A DNA stretch of 63,605 nt, the filler included, from Octopus bimaculoides (Eukaryota), in the NCBI RefSeq assembly GCF_001194135.2. It is 8 parts of 7 records of this genome, joined end to end, with 100 filler letters (N's around TTAATTAATTAA, not from the genome) between each part and the next. Parts side by side here need not be neighbours in the genome. Positions count along the whole stretch, not along the records: positions 1 to 18,256 come from NC_068996.1; positions 18,357 to 27,649 come from NC_069007.1; 6 more parts are not named here. One strand, 5' to 3'. Position numbers and translations under genes: made by a program. Below the pieces are notes generated by a model. The model was not told the DNA's origin. It did not search any database and worked only from the letters and a program-made list of their open reading frames with translations. How positions within the stretch are numbered: the stretch's first letter is position 1; each line of letters begins with the position of its first letter. Positions 11,680 through 23,770 of the stretch are shown here, one piece after another.

Positions 11680-12099
11680 CCAGTACCGCTGCCATAGTCT
11701 CCTTTAGACAGACTTAGAAATATTAATATTTATATATATATCTGTTAATATATATATATGTTTTGCAAACAACTTGCACATGCAAGTGCTTCTAGTTGGG
11801 AGCTCCATATACTGGAAGCCAGCAAATGCATGGGGTCTTCAGGAAAGAATGCATGCCATTTCGAGGCCTATCTCTTGACAGCATCATTGCGCACCGGCAC
11901 CCCTCACTGATATGAGGCCCGCTTACTACTCAGCTGCTCAGCTCCTGTCAAAACATCCAACCGATGGCAGCATCGAAAATGGACATATCACACAACCGAA
12001 CCATTATAGTCTTCTCTCATCTGATTCTACATCTGATTCCTCTTAAGCCTAACTTTTCTCTCAGCACATTTGCATTTTGTGATAGAGATGCACAGATGT

Positions 12100-12897
12100 T
12101 GTAAAAGATAAAAGATATACTGGGATTGGTTTGTTCAACTAAAACCCTTCAAGGTGGTGCCCCAGCATGGCCACAGTGCAATGATTGAAACAAGTAAAAG
12201 ATAAAAGATATACTGGGATTGATTTGTTCAACTAAAACCCTTGAAGGTGGTGCCCCAGCATGGCCACAGTCCAATGACTGAAACAAGTAAAAGATAAAAG
12301 ATATACTGGGATTGATTTGTTCAACTAAAACCCTTGAAGGTGGTGCCNNNNNNNNNNNNNNNNNNNNNNNNNNNNNNNNNNNNNNNNNNNNNNNNNNNNN
12401 NNNNNNNNNNNNNNNNNNNNNNNNNNNNNNNNNNNNNNNNNNNNNNNNNNNNNNNNNNNNNNNNNNNNNNNNNNNNNNNNNNNNNNNNNNNNNNNNNNNN
12501 NNNNNNNNNNNNNNNNNNNNNNNNNNNNNNNNNNNNNNNNNNNNNNNNNNNNNNNNNNNNNNNNNNNNNNNNNNNNNNNNNNNNNNNNNNNNNNNNNNNN
12601 NNNNNNNNNNNNNNNNNNNNNNNNNNNNNNNTGATTTGTTCAACTAAAACCCTTGAAGGTGGTGCTCCAGCATGGCCACAATCCAATGACTGAAATAAGT
12701 AAAAGATAAAAGATATACTTGGATTGATTTGTTCAACTAAAACCCTTCAAGGTGGTGCCCCAGCATGGCCACAGTCCAATGAATGAAACAAGTAAAAGAT
12801 AAAAGATATACTGGGATTGATTTGTTCAACTAAAAGCCTTCAAGGTGGTGCCCCAGCATGGCCACAGTGCAATGAGTGAAACAAGTAAAAGATAAAG
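12100..12897 (+). repeat. 93-bp tandem array built from the SINE family A 3' tail (partly in gap)
   Basis: Unit starts at 12111, 12204 and 12297 (period 93) and units resume after the gap. The unit contains GATTTGTTCAACTAAAA..GGTGGTGCCCCAGCATGGCCACAGTCCAATGACTGAAACAAGTAAAAGA. Confidence 0.92.
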
Positions 12898-12899
12898 GA

Positions 12900-13090
12900 C
12901 TTCTTACCTAAAAGTACAGATCCTCAAATTTGGTGGGCAATACCTGGCTGTTGCTAAATTTTATTGGCGCCAGAAAAATAAAAAACGAAGTTGTCTTTTG
13001 TGGGACTTGAACCTTGAACATTAAGAACCAGAAAAACACCACAAGGTATTTTGTCCAACATTCTAATGATTCTGACAATCCACCAGCCTT
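12900..13090 (-). mobile_element. Degenerate SINE family B copy
   Basis: Minus strand resembles the GCTGGCAGAATCGTTAG...GTTCAA head and the 3' end of family B. Confidence 0.5.
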
Positions 13091-13631
13091 GAACTAATTA
13101 ATATGATATTAGTCACAAAGCCTTTTCCTCATAGCATAATTATTTTTTTAATTAATTAGCCTTTTGAAGTTCACAGCATTAAATTAGTTCTACTTAGTTA
13201 ACTTTCAAACCTATAAAGTTTCAAAGTAATATTTTATCATTACTCAGTAGAGGGATGGCTGTGTGGGTATGAAGTTCATTACCCGACCATATTCGACCAC
13301 TTAGTTTTGGTTTCAGTCCTACTGCCTGGCATCTTGGAACAGCGTCGCCTGTTGCAATCTTGGCACGGCGTTGCCTGTTGCAGTCTTGGACTGGCTAATA
13401 TCATGTAAGTAGAATTTGTAGACAGAAAATATAGAAAGTTTCTCATATGCATATATATGTATGTATGTATGTGTGAGCATGTGTGTGTATGTATTTATGT
13501 ATGTATGCATGTATGTATGTATGTATGTATGTAGGTATGCATGTATGCATGCATGTATGTATGTATGTATGCATGCATGCATGTATGTATGTATGTATGT
13601 ATGTATTTTTGTATGTATGTATGTATGTCTC

Positions 13632-14590
13632 CTCTATTTTTTAATTATTATAAATTTTCCACTGAAGAGGGAGTCGGTTTCCAACAAAGATACAAGGCTC
13701 CATCTTTGGGATGTAGTTAACACAGACAAATTCACATTTGGAACTTGAGAAAAGACATGCATATTTTTACTGTTCCACTTACAGATTGCACTTGTAATGC
13801 ACGAATTAGCCAGTTGATTTCTCTTTCTGAAAATCCCAGTTTATCCAGATTTTCCTTTAAGCATTTACTAACAAAACCTAATGCTCCAATTATTCTTGGT
13901 ATAAGTATGAATTCATAGTCTGGATATAGAGGTTTCAAAGTAGTTGTCCATAGATATCTTCTTTTTCTTTGATTTTCAAAGAGATATTTATATCTGCAGG
14001 GTAGCTAACCTCTATGATGGTACATACCTTTGCCCCTCTGTCCCAAACAACAATGTCTGGCCTGTAATGTTTACATTTGACAGAAGTTTTGATGGGAATA
14101 TTCCACCAGTATTCCTTGAGTTGGTGTTTATGAATGTATTCTATAACAGAGAGATTTTCTAAGTTTATTTCAGGACAGTCTTTTTTGCAGATGGCATTCT
14201 AAATTGTTTTAGCAACAACATTGTGCTGTATAGAGAGGTAGTACTGTGACAACATTTTAGGACAGCTGCTAATCACATGCATAATGTCTTCTGCAGAAAC
14301 ATGACATAGCCTACACATGCGGTTGCACCTTGGGATTACAAGAGCGTCACTGTCTCTCTTGTTCACCAGGTACTTTGTGGCAATCTCCTCTTCTTGGATT
14401 GCAAACACACAGCCTTTAAAATGTGATGTGATGTAGTGGTCTTGTGTCCAAGAGGGGCTGCGCTTTGTGTCAATTCTACTATCTTCTTCAAGCTTCTGGA
14501 CAACATACCCATGCATGGTCATCTTTAAGGATGCTGAGTGCTTTCCATCCAGGACTTCTTTGAAGAGAGCCCAGCTGTTTTGGAGCTTAT
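13632..14590 (-). mobile_element. 3' fragment of an RLE-type (R4/Dong-like) LINE flanked by (TATG)n
   Basis: Zinc knuckle CRLCHVSAEDIMHVISSCPKM...HNVVAK and C-terminal IIGALGFVSKCL...LQVQSVSGTVKIC. (TATG)n arrays at about 13450-13630 and 14590-14740. Confidence 0.85.
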
Positions 14591-15104
14591 GTCTGTCTGT
14601 CTGTCTGTCTGTCTGTATGTATGTATGTATGTATGTATATCTTATGCCTGCATGTATGTATGTATGTATTTATGTATGCTTGTATGTATGTGTACATATG
14701 TGTGTATGTATGTATGTATATGGCTGTTTGTACAATTAGTATATATATGTATGTATGCTTCTATGTATAGATGTGAGTGTGAGTACATGTAACTGCAAAT
14801 GTGTGTATGTATGTGTGTGGGTTCCAGCATATATGCACGTGCATGTGTGTGCATATGTGAGAGAGAGAGAGAGAAATATGTCAACAGCATGTCATCATCC
14901 AAAACATTGTCCAGTCATAAAAATGGTGACGTTCTCTGCACTCTCTAACAGACAAATGTCCAGTCCTTCCAAAATACCTCAACCACAAAATAAGTAATGT
15001 TTTGTAAACAGGAAAGGCTTCTGGCCATAGAAATTCTGCACGAGTAAAGTTTTGTCCAATCCATTCCAGTATGGGTAAAATGGATGCAAAAATGTTGATG
15101 GAAA

Positions 15105-15555
15105 TGGTGGTGGTGGTGGTGGTGGTGGTGACGATGATCATTATCGTGGTGATGGTGATGATGATGGGGGGGGGAGATAAGAAAGAGGAAGAAAGGGAGG
15201 AAGAGGAGAAAGATGGGGGAAGGGATGGGAAAGGGAAAAGGAGGCGAAGAAAGAGGGGAAGGGGAAGAAGAAAGAGGAAGATAGTAGAAGTCTAACGGAA
15301 GGAGGAGGAGGAGGAGGAGAACGGAATGGGGAAGAAGGGGAGGAAGAAGAAGATGAAGAAGTGGAAGAAGAGTAAGAGAAGGAGGAGGGGTGTAGGAAAG
15401 GGTATAAGGGGAAGAGGAGGACAATGTGAGGGTAACGACGACAAGGACGCTGACAAACAACTACTTTGACAATGGAAACAACAACAGCGATGATGATGAT
15501 GATGATGATGACGACGACGACGACAATTAAACAATTACGATGACGATGATGATAT
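15105..15555. repeat. Compound simple repeats (GGT)n, (GAT)n, purine-rich (GAG/GAA)n, (GAC)n
   Basis: Seen directly. Confidence 0.9.
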
Positions 15556-15959
15556 TAAAATTGATGATTGCTTTGATGCACTTGCAAAGAACGTATGCAA
15601 TCATTCCAGTAGTTTTTTGTTTTTTTTAGTTTCTTTATTTTTCCTTCCTTGAAAGCAGAAGCTTTGTTCTTCTTAAAGATTCAGTTTTGGTAAACATTAT
15701 GTCTTTGAAGAAAGGAAATCTATTCCGATTGGTTAGACACAGTTGTCTTTTCTCCAGCTGTGGCAAGAAGTCTGCTTCCCAACAAAATGGTTCTCAGTTC
15801 AGTTTCACTGGTGTTGAGCAGCTTTCTTCTGCTATACCCAGAGGCCAAACTAAGCCTTGTGACTGACTGTCAGATGGAAACTGGAAGAAGCCCATCAAAC
15901 ATTATATGTGCATGTGTATCTGTGTTTGTGCCGCCTTGTCTCTACATCACATGATTGCT

Positions 15960-16160
15960 GTAAATGAGTGTCACGGTCATACAAGCAGTGTCGCTCGTTT
16001 CCAACATTCTGTGAGAACATGTCTGGCCCTGGGAGAAAATATTTGATGGAAACTGGTGAGGGTTGGTGACAGGAAGGGCATCCAGTTTTGTGGAAAGATC
16101 TGCTTTGATAAACTCCATTTGACTCAGGCAAGCATGGAAAAGTGGATGTTAAACTGGTGG
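15960..16160 (+). mobile_element. RTE 3' UTR/tail fragment
   Basis: GGAAGGGCATCCAG...GCATGGAAAAGTGGATGTTAAAC followed by a trinucleotide tail. Confidence 0.7.
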
Positions 16161-16342
16161 TGGTGGTGGTGGTGGTGGTGGTGGTGGTGACGGCGATGGT
16201 GATATGATGGCGGAGATGATGATGGTGATGATGATGATGGTGNNNNNNNNNNNNNNNNNNNNNNNNNNNNNNNNNNNNNNNNNNNNNNNNNNNNNNNNNN
16301 NNNNNNNNNNNNNNNNNNNNNNNNNNNNNNNNNNNNNNNNNN

Positions 16343-16384
<42 letters not shown>

Positions 16385-16669
16385 TAAAACAATACCCATG
16401 GAGGAGAAAGGCTCCACCATTACAGGCCACATTGTATCCCATTCCATACTATGCACCTCTTGGCAAATCCTCTCCAAAGCTACCTTCTTTCACTTTGATT
16501 GGCCCCGCCAGACCTCTGACATACATGCCAAACGAAGAAATACTTCCAACTGCTTGCTCCTGTGTTCAACAAACTCTTTAATTTGTGATTCTCTACAGAG
16601 AGATACTCTGATATTTGGAAGCATGTGGCAATGTCCTCCATTCCACAGAAAACTAATCCTTACCTGATT

Positions 16670-17740
16670 TGGCTAACTATTATTATCTCCCTGTTCCCAC
16701 TGCTAACCTCTCCAAGGTAATGGAAACAGCCATTAACCATGATGTTCTTCAGCATACACACCTCTCTCTCTCTCTCTCTCCTGATTGACCATCAATACAA
16801 CTTCCAGACACACAGATCTACTGGAGACCTACTCTCTTATATCACTCATCTATAGAATTTCCCTTCAGAAAAAGTCAGTAAAAGCAATGATGTTGCCCTA
16901 AACATCAACAAAGCCTATGACCACATTTGGCATATAAATCTCCTACCAAATCATCCTGTCTATGGGTGCCATTAATTTCATATCGTTTGAGTTGATGGCT
17001 TTCTGTAAGACTGCACCAAAGTTGTATGTGTTAATGGAACTCTTTTTACCCTACTCTCTCTTTCTCTCAACTCAGCTGTTTCCTAGGATTTGTTTCTCCC
17101 CCCACCCACTCTTTTCCTTTCTCTACATCAATGACCTACTTGCTGCCACTTCCATTAAGACCAACTCTTATACAGATAACACAACCCTTCTTTTCTCCAA
17201 GTATGCATCATCCACGTACAGTTTAGACTCCATATGCCAAACCTTCATTAATTCCATAAATGGAGATCTTGAGAGTCTCTTCCGGTGTGAGCTCACCAAC
17301 TCAAGTACAATCATATTAAGAAAACACCACTATGCTACACCCCCTCTAAACATGAGCAATATTCAACAAGAGCCCTCATGCCAGATACTGGGCCTTGCTA
17401 CCACCAAGGATCTCTTCCGTCAAAAGCACATAAATAACATAGCTAAAACCACATTCTAAAGACTAGCCCTTCTTTTTAGGGGCAGGATATTTCATCCTGC
17501 AACAGTTGGAGGCTCTACTAAGGTTCTACAAGGCTCAATTAATGTCCATAATTGAGTAATGCAGCCCTTTCTAGAGCAGTAGTAGATGTAGTCTATACAT
17601 TGACATAATAGACTACATCCAGAGAAAGGGTCACTCAGGTGATTGGCATTAAATTACTATGAGCCTCTGGCCCACAGACATGTTATCTCCTCCCTCTACC
17701 TTTTCTATTGCTATTATAATGGCCTCTGTTCCGTAGAGCT
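16670..17740 (+). mobile_element. Degenerate CR1/Jockey-group LINE RT relic
   Basis: LSKVMETAIN, DHQYNFQTHRSTGDLLS, ALNINKAYDHIWH, FLYINDL, SYTDNTTL (decayed YADD), YKAQ, SSLYLFYCYYNGLCSVEL. Confidence 0.75.
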
Positions 17741-18094
17741 GATTAATCCTTAGTTTCTTTTACTTGGAACTGCAACTATGCTGGCACACAAATCAAATGA
17801 CCCCCAATCCTTGTTTATTTTTTCTTAAGGCTAGTATTTAGTCCATCAGTTTCTTTCCTGAACTGCTAAGAAACCAACGTAAACAAACCAACAAAGGCAA
17901 CAAATACAGATGCATATGCATGCACACACGCACACACACATTAGGGATGGCATTCATCTGTATTTTCCAGAACATGTCCTGGATTCAGGTGCTGAAATTT
18001 GTGTCCACAGAGAATTTTATAAATTTTCCAAAAGCCTGAAATTTCAATTTCTATCACTTAAAAAATTATAACTATCTATCTGTCTGTCTATTAC

Positions 18095-18165
<71 letters not shown>

Positions 18166-18502
18166 CTATGGACGGACGGTAGACGTGTCGGCTCCGTAAG
18201 TTTTGCCTTTTTCATGTTTTAAAAAGTTTGTTTGTAAAGTTTATTTTATATACAAANNNNNNNNNNNNNNNNNNNNNNNNNNNNNNNNNNNNNNNNNNNN
18301 TTAATTAATTAANNNNNNNNNNNNNNNNNNNNNNNNNNNNNNNNNNNNNNNNNNNNCGATCATTTGTAGAGTATAGTTATCTCTCTATACGTTTCGAGAT
18401 CAAATCGCGCAGATGCCAAACGCTCCTTTTTGACATTCAGTCAAGTCACGCGTTGCGGAAATATTTATTAATCGTCTATCGTTGATAAAAGTGCTTCAAT
18501 GA

Positions 18503-18670
18503 TAGGTGCTGGGGTGGTTTTGTGGTATAAAGTTTGCTTCCCAACCATATGGTTCCGGGCTCAGTCCCACTGCGCGGCACTTTGAGCAAGTGTCGTCTCC
18601 CATAATCTCAGGCTGACCAAAGCCTTGTGAGTGGATTTGGTAGAAGGAAAGTGCAAGAAACCCGTCGTAT
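18503..18670 (+). mobile_element. SINE family A 5' half
   Basis: Head matches 9118-9290. Confidence 0.8.
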
Positions 18671-19893
18671 AGATAAATGAATAAATAATATATATATATA
18701 TACACGACAAGAAATGATTTTTGCCTCTTTTTATGGAGACAAAAGGGTTTCTAAGACTACAAAAAAGAAGTGCTCAAATGTAATCGAGACAGAGATAAAG
18801 AAACATTGACCTTAGAACAAGCATCAAATTCGAGTCAACGACTTTATATGTAACACCATGACTCCGAACATTTGATTATATATAAATATTATCATGATTC
18901 TTAAACATATAAAGTATACATATATAAAAAAAACACGGAAGGTAAAGAATATATAACCGAATAAAAATACAAGTATATAGAACGGCTTATCAAGAACGTA
19001 AATATATTCGACCAAAGATTCTAAAACGTGTCATGCAACTAAAAACCTAAATAAAATAAAATATCAATCGACTAAAAAATATTTCGTACTTACCTCAATC
19101 AGAAAAAATGTCTAAAAGTTCATTTCATAAAAGCCATGGAATCCAGGAGGTAAAAGAGTTCCACAAAATCAAGTCAAACACATTAATGGCCATTTTGGGG
19201 ATTTCTTAGACGAACAAGAATCTCAGCAACTTGTTCGTTCAACGCCACCTGGTTAATTAAAAGGTAATAATCAATCGCAGGACGAGTCCAAATTTTCTAA
19301 CACACACACACACAAAAAAAATACCTATTCCATTGCCAAAATGCAGGTGGCTGCCAATAATAGGAATTTGTACTCTCCGGTTTCGAAACCCCGTAGAATT
19401 AAATATTATTCACCACATTTAATTTTATTTCGATATACTTCCAGAAAAGTAGAAGAAAACTTATGGTTGCTAAAAGGGATCCGATATAACAGACCATTCA
19501 AGAGAATAACTTTTTTTTGTTCCTCTTTAAACCATGTATATAAGCAAGTGTAGTGGAGTTACAATATTTTTCGTTCGAAAACGAACTCCTGTGGGCCCTG
19601 TACCTAGCCATAAAATAGACAGTGTTGCCTATATAAAACCTATTCAAGTTACCCTCCTCTTTATCAACGCATTTATATATAGCATTAGGAGTCAGACAGA
19701 ATCCGTCAACGGAACATAATCTAAGGTTTCTACATTTACAGGATTTACCAGAACCACCTGTATCCCTATTATTAATACTAACATTGATTTATCTGGCTTC
19801 CCGTGTTCTTACCTTCAGATATCTCATTACAGAGGGTCTATAAGACCAGTGGTAGTAAATAGTTTGTAGGGCTAACCTTAGGCTAACCTTAGC

Positions 19894-20121
19894 TTACCTG
19901 TCCAATACCAAGGAGGCCAAATTCGGCATTACCGAGTAAGAAAATTTGATGGAGGATTTATTACAGATGCTGTAGTATTTATGATTCTTTGGGAAATTCT
20001 CCTTCAGAATCTTAAAAAGCAATTCGGGCAAATTTCTTCGGCTAAGAGAAAAGGTAGTGGTGGTGGTGGTAAACCGTATGACTTCCCGTATTCTAGAACG
20101 TGAGCTCTTGGTTTTACCCAT
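19894..20121 (-). mobile_element. PLE coding relic of Naiad/Neptune type (post-RT linker region)
   Basis: REVIRF...FSLS..LFKILKENFPKNHKYYSICNKSSIKFSYSVMPNLASL resembles the recalled consensus IWFNPPFS...KHFPK.HK..KIFN..T.K.SYS.MPN of non-Poseidon PLEs. Confidence 0.65.
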
Positions 20122-20560
20122 CTCCTCACGGCCACTATTTCGCTTCCAATATCTGTTCCTGACATCTTTATATACGTATCTAACTGGTGGCTTATATTGG
20201 GCTTAGCTTTATAAACGGCTCATCGGACTCTAATGGCCGCGGGCAAATAATCTCTTTTACAAACTGGAAGTAGAGAAACGTTACGGTCAGTTAATTTTGT
20301 AAGCAAAATTGTATATTTTGTCTGAGTTATCGCCCTTAGATCGGTTCCAGTTGGCAAATTGTTTACGGTTCCCAATCAACGGACGGGGAATCACACGCCG
20401 GGACATAAGAAGCGGACAAAGACAAGAGGTTGCCTTTTTGATCAGTTTCTGTTGCTAAGTTAGGCGGCCATAAACAAACCAATAGCCATCGTTAAGCAGT
20501 GCTGGTGGACAAACACAGATACAACGATGTGTGTGTGTGTGTGTACGCGCGCACATGAAG

Positions 20561-20880
20561 GCGCATGTCTTAGCGGTTAGAGCATCAGGTTCACAGTCAT
20601 GAGGTAATGAGTTCAATTCCCAGACCGGTCTGTGTGCTGTGTTCTTAAACAAGACACTTTATTCCACTCAGCTGTAGAAATGAATTGTGGCGACATCACT
20701 AGTGCCAAGCTGTATCAGCCTTTGGTCTTCCTTTGGATTACATCGGTGGCCGGGAGAGGGGGAGGCTGGTATACAGGAGCGACTGCTGGTCTTCCATAAA
20801 CAACCTTGCTTGGATTTGTGCCTTGGAGGGGAGCTTTCTAGGTGCAATCCCATGGTCATTCATGACAAAAGGGGGTCCTT
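20561..20880 (+). mobile_element. tRNA-derived SINE (family D)
   Basis: GGCGCATGTCTTAGCGGTTAG...GAGTTCAATTCCC head. A similar head lies at about 25262-25350. Confidence 0.7.
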
Positions 20881-20884
20881 TTTA

Positions 20885-21045
20885 TTCTCTCTGTCTATTT
20901 CCTTGTGTTCCTTTCTGTTCAAGAACGTAGATTCGAAACGTAAAAGACTTTCTCACCTTCCCGAGCATCAAACTAATACACCTGTTTGTTGTTTATACAC
21001 CTGTCTTCGTCTTTCGTTTTTATGTAAATTTCAACTATATATATA
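20885..21045 (+). mobile_element. PLE-type terminal repeat with decayed hammerhead (20911-20946)
   Basis: CUUU CUGUUCA A GAAC-GUAG-AUUC GAAAC GUA|AAAG. Same family as 40453-40630 (minus) and related to 39900-40020. Confidence 0.7.
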
Positions 21046-21210
21046 TAGTAGTTGCATACTGCAAACTTAACTTGACAGTCCTAATAAGGGAATATACTAC
21101 TGCTGTTTAGCCCTAGGAAGCCAGACCGCTTCCTTTTAGGCCTTGACACATTTCCTGTGCCCTTATCCTTACGAGGGGGAGACAAACTCCTCCACCCAGC
21201 CTAGCCTGCA

Positions 21211-21253
21211 TTCAGGGACATGTTTCTGAGTCTTTGCTCGTCATCAGCCTGAA
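21211..21253 (-). ncRNA. Minimal type I hammerhead motif with GUC triplet
   Basis: UUCAGG CUGAUGA C-GAG-CAAAGA-CUC-A GAAA C-AU-G UC|CCUGAA. Perfect 6-bp stem I, palindromic stem III ACAUGU, C.A at the base of stem II. Confidence 0.85.
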
Positions 21254-21724
21254 GTAGCACAGCTGGCTAGATGAAGAAATCTGTTTCACCTTCGTAAGTA
21301 TATACTATTTCAGTGAAATACATTCACTGGTAACAAAAATTAGAAATAATGAATTTCTAAATCTCTCAGAGAGGTGGTGTTTAGCTCAGGTCTATACCAA
21401 GAGATACTTGCCCAAGGTGCCACACAGTGGAATTGAACCCAAGGGCACATGGTTGGTGAAAACCACACTGCCACACCTGCATATTTATTTACACAAATAT
21501 CTCTGCAACTAAACTGTGTGGATTGGCAGTAAAAGTCCACAAAGTCTGATAAGCAGACGGTTGATTTAGCCATTTCTACAAATATTTTCTTCCTTTCTGT
21601 TGTTTTTTTCCTCCAAGCCATTGTTGTTAAGTTGATAGGAGAATTAGGAGTGGAGCTTTATTGGAAGGGTTAACGGAGGCTTTGGGGATTAAGGTTTGGC
21701 ATGGCTTTATAATAGATAGAACAA

Positions 21725-22035
21725 TCATTGTAGAGTTTCTGTCTTGAGAGAGGGGGAGAGGGAGAGGGAGGGGGAGCGAGAGGGAGAGTGTGTGTGTGTA
21801 TGTGTGTGTGAGTGCAAGGGAGAGAGAACGAGGAAGATAGAGAGAGAGAGACAGTGAGACAGAAAGAGAGAGTGAGAGAGCGGCAGAGAGAGAGAGAGAA
21901 AGAGAAAAAGAAAGCGAATGGGAGTGCAAGAGAGAGAGAGAAGGACGGACAGACAGATGGACAGAAAGGGTGTGCAAGAGAGAAAGAGATAAAGGAAGTG
22001 AGGGAGAGAGAGAGTGTGTGTGTGTGTCTGTGTAT
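21725..22035. repeat. (GA)n/(GT)n compound microsatellite region
   Basis: Seen directly. Confidence 0.9.
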
Positions 22036-22384
22036 GTGGACTGTATGTAACATTTTCCCTTCAAACTGTAAAATGTCTGGTTGTTTTTTCATTGTTTATA
22101 TTGTTTTTCTGCAAACAAAAGCTGCCACCACCACCACCTCTACCTTCTTCTTCTTCTTCCTCTTCCTCTTTGTTATAACTTGATTAAATGACACACCTCA
22201 AGGTAACTCTTATTCAAAGCAAAATTATTTTAGCAGTTTTTCTTTCCCACCAATGTTTCCATCTTTCACCCAACATACATGGAGGGAGGAAACATGCACA
22301 CACACATGCACACGCATATACACGTGTGTGTGTGTGTGTGTGATTGTTTGTTTGAGCATGTGAGTCAACATGATGATGATGATG

Positions 22385-22690
22385 ATGTGGATATGGTCAA
22401 CTGCATGGTGCCAACTATGGCCAACTAATTGACTGTATTCAGTCAATTGTATATGGTCAACTTGTATTATGATCATGTGCATATGGTCAATATATATTGT
22501 CAAATGTGTATTGTCAAATGTATAAAGTCAACAATATATGGTCAATGGTCAACATGTATGTTGTCAACTGTACATTGTCAGCATTATATTGTCATTTGTA
22601 TATACAGTCAATTGCATTTGGTTAACCAATACATGTTTCAAATATATGTAGTCGATATCTATATGTTAGGTTCATATGGTTGCCCTTTAT
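22385..22690. repeat. Degenerate minisatellite, about 15-17 bp unit (ATATGGTCAACTGT-like)
   Basis: Recurrent TGGTCAA/TTGTCAA/AGTCAA at roughly regular spacing. Confidence 0.75.
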
Positions 22691-23630
22691 ATTGCTAATC
22701 TATAAATTGGTTTCAAGGGTCTGCAGTTTAGGGGCAGGGCATAAGTCGATTACTCCCTCTTTGACTCGTCCTGCGTGTAAATTGACATGCAACACAAATT
22801 GTCTCCTAAGACAGATTGTATGACTGGACATGTAAAATACGATTGCTTAAGGGAGACAGAGAGAGAAAGTGTATGTGTGCGTGTGCATGTGCGCACTTGA
22901 TGCATGTGTGACTGATGTGTGTGTTAGTGTATGTGTGCTTTGTGTGGGGGGGTGCATGTTATGTTGTGTATAAATGTTGTCAGGTTGTAGATTAAATCCG
23001 GGATGGAGTGTTTACTAAATTCTCGTTAAAGGACCATTAATTATTCTCCTGATTAGATATCTTCGATGCATTTACGGCTGAGATTACATGTAATATTTAT
23101 CTATTTTTAATTTTTGTTTCCTATTTCCTGCACATTGACCTCGCTGGCGGTTGTCAATGGCCTAATCACAAGTGGACTTGTATTTATNNNNNNNNNNNNN
23201 NNNNNNNNNNNNNNNNNNNNNNNNNNNNNNNNNNNNNNNNNNNNNNNNNNNNNNNNNNNNNNNNNNNNNNNNNNNNNNNNNNNNNNNNNNNNNNNNNNNN
23301 NNNNNNNNNNNNNNNNNNNNNNNNNNNNNNNNNNNNNNNNNNNNNNNNNNNNNNNNNNNNNNNNNNNNNNNNNNNNNNNNNNNNNNNNNNNNNNNNNNNN
23401 NNNNNNNNNNNNNNNNNNNNNNNNNNNNNNNNNNNNNNNNNNNNNNNNNNNNNNNNNNNNNNNNNNNNNNNNNNNNNNNNNNNNNNNNNNNNNNNNNNNN
23501 NNNNNNNNNNNNNNNNNNNNNNNNNNNNNNNNNNNNNNNNNNNNNNNNNNNNNNNNNNNNNNNNATATATGTGTGTGTGTGTGTGTGTGTGTTGAAAGAT
23601 CACTCAATCCAGTTGCTAGAGTACAAATTT

Positions 23631-23770
23631 TATTATTCTTTAACAAAAAGAGTACTGACAGTGACTTCAAAGTTTTGGCTGGCTGAGCCATCATTGAGTT
23701 GTCCAATGATGGCTCAGCTGACTGAGACTCCAAAGTTCACTGTCAACACTATTCTTGTTAAAGAATAATA
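23631..23770. repeat. 140-bp hairpin element
   Basis: Ends TATTATTCTTTAACAA / TTGTTAAAGAATAATA, centre GCTGAGCCATCATTG-AGTTGTC-CAATGATGGCTCAGC. Confidence 0.85.

Noticed and set aside
12100-12897. Regularly spaced repeats resembling a CRISPR array
   Set aside because: Units are contiguous 93-bp copies with no unique spacers, derive from a SINE tail, and there are no cas genes in this eukaryotic context.
14945-15534. His/Pro/Glu-rich or hydrophobic ORFs (also 21627-22183, 45802-46090, 47039-47278, 56907-57245)
   Set aside because: These are translations of simple repeats with no domain content.
18107-18490. Possible Helitron/Helentron end after the (TCTA)n tract
   Set aside because: No subterminal hairpin, CTRR end or Rep/helicase sequence could be verified, and a gap interrupts it.
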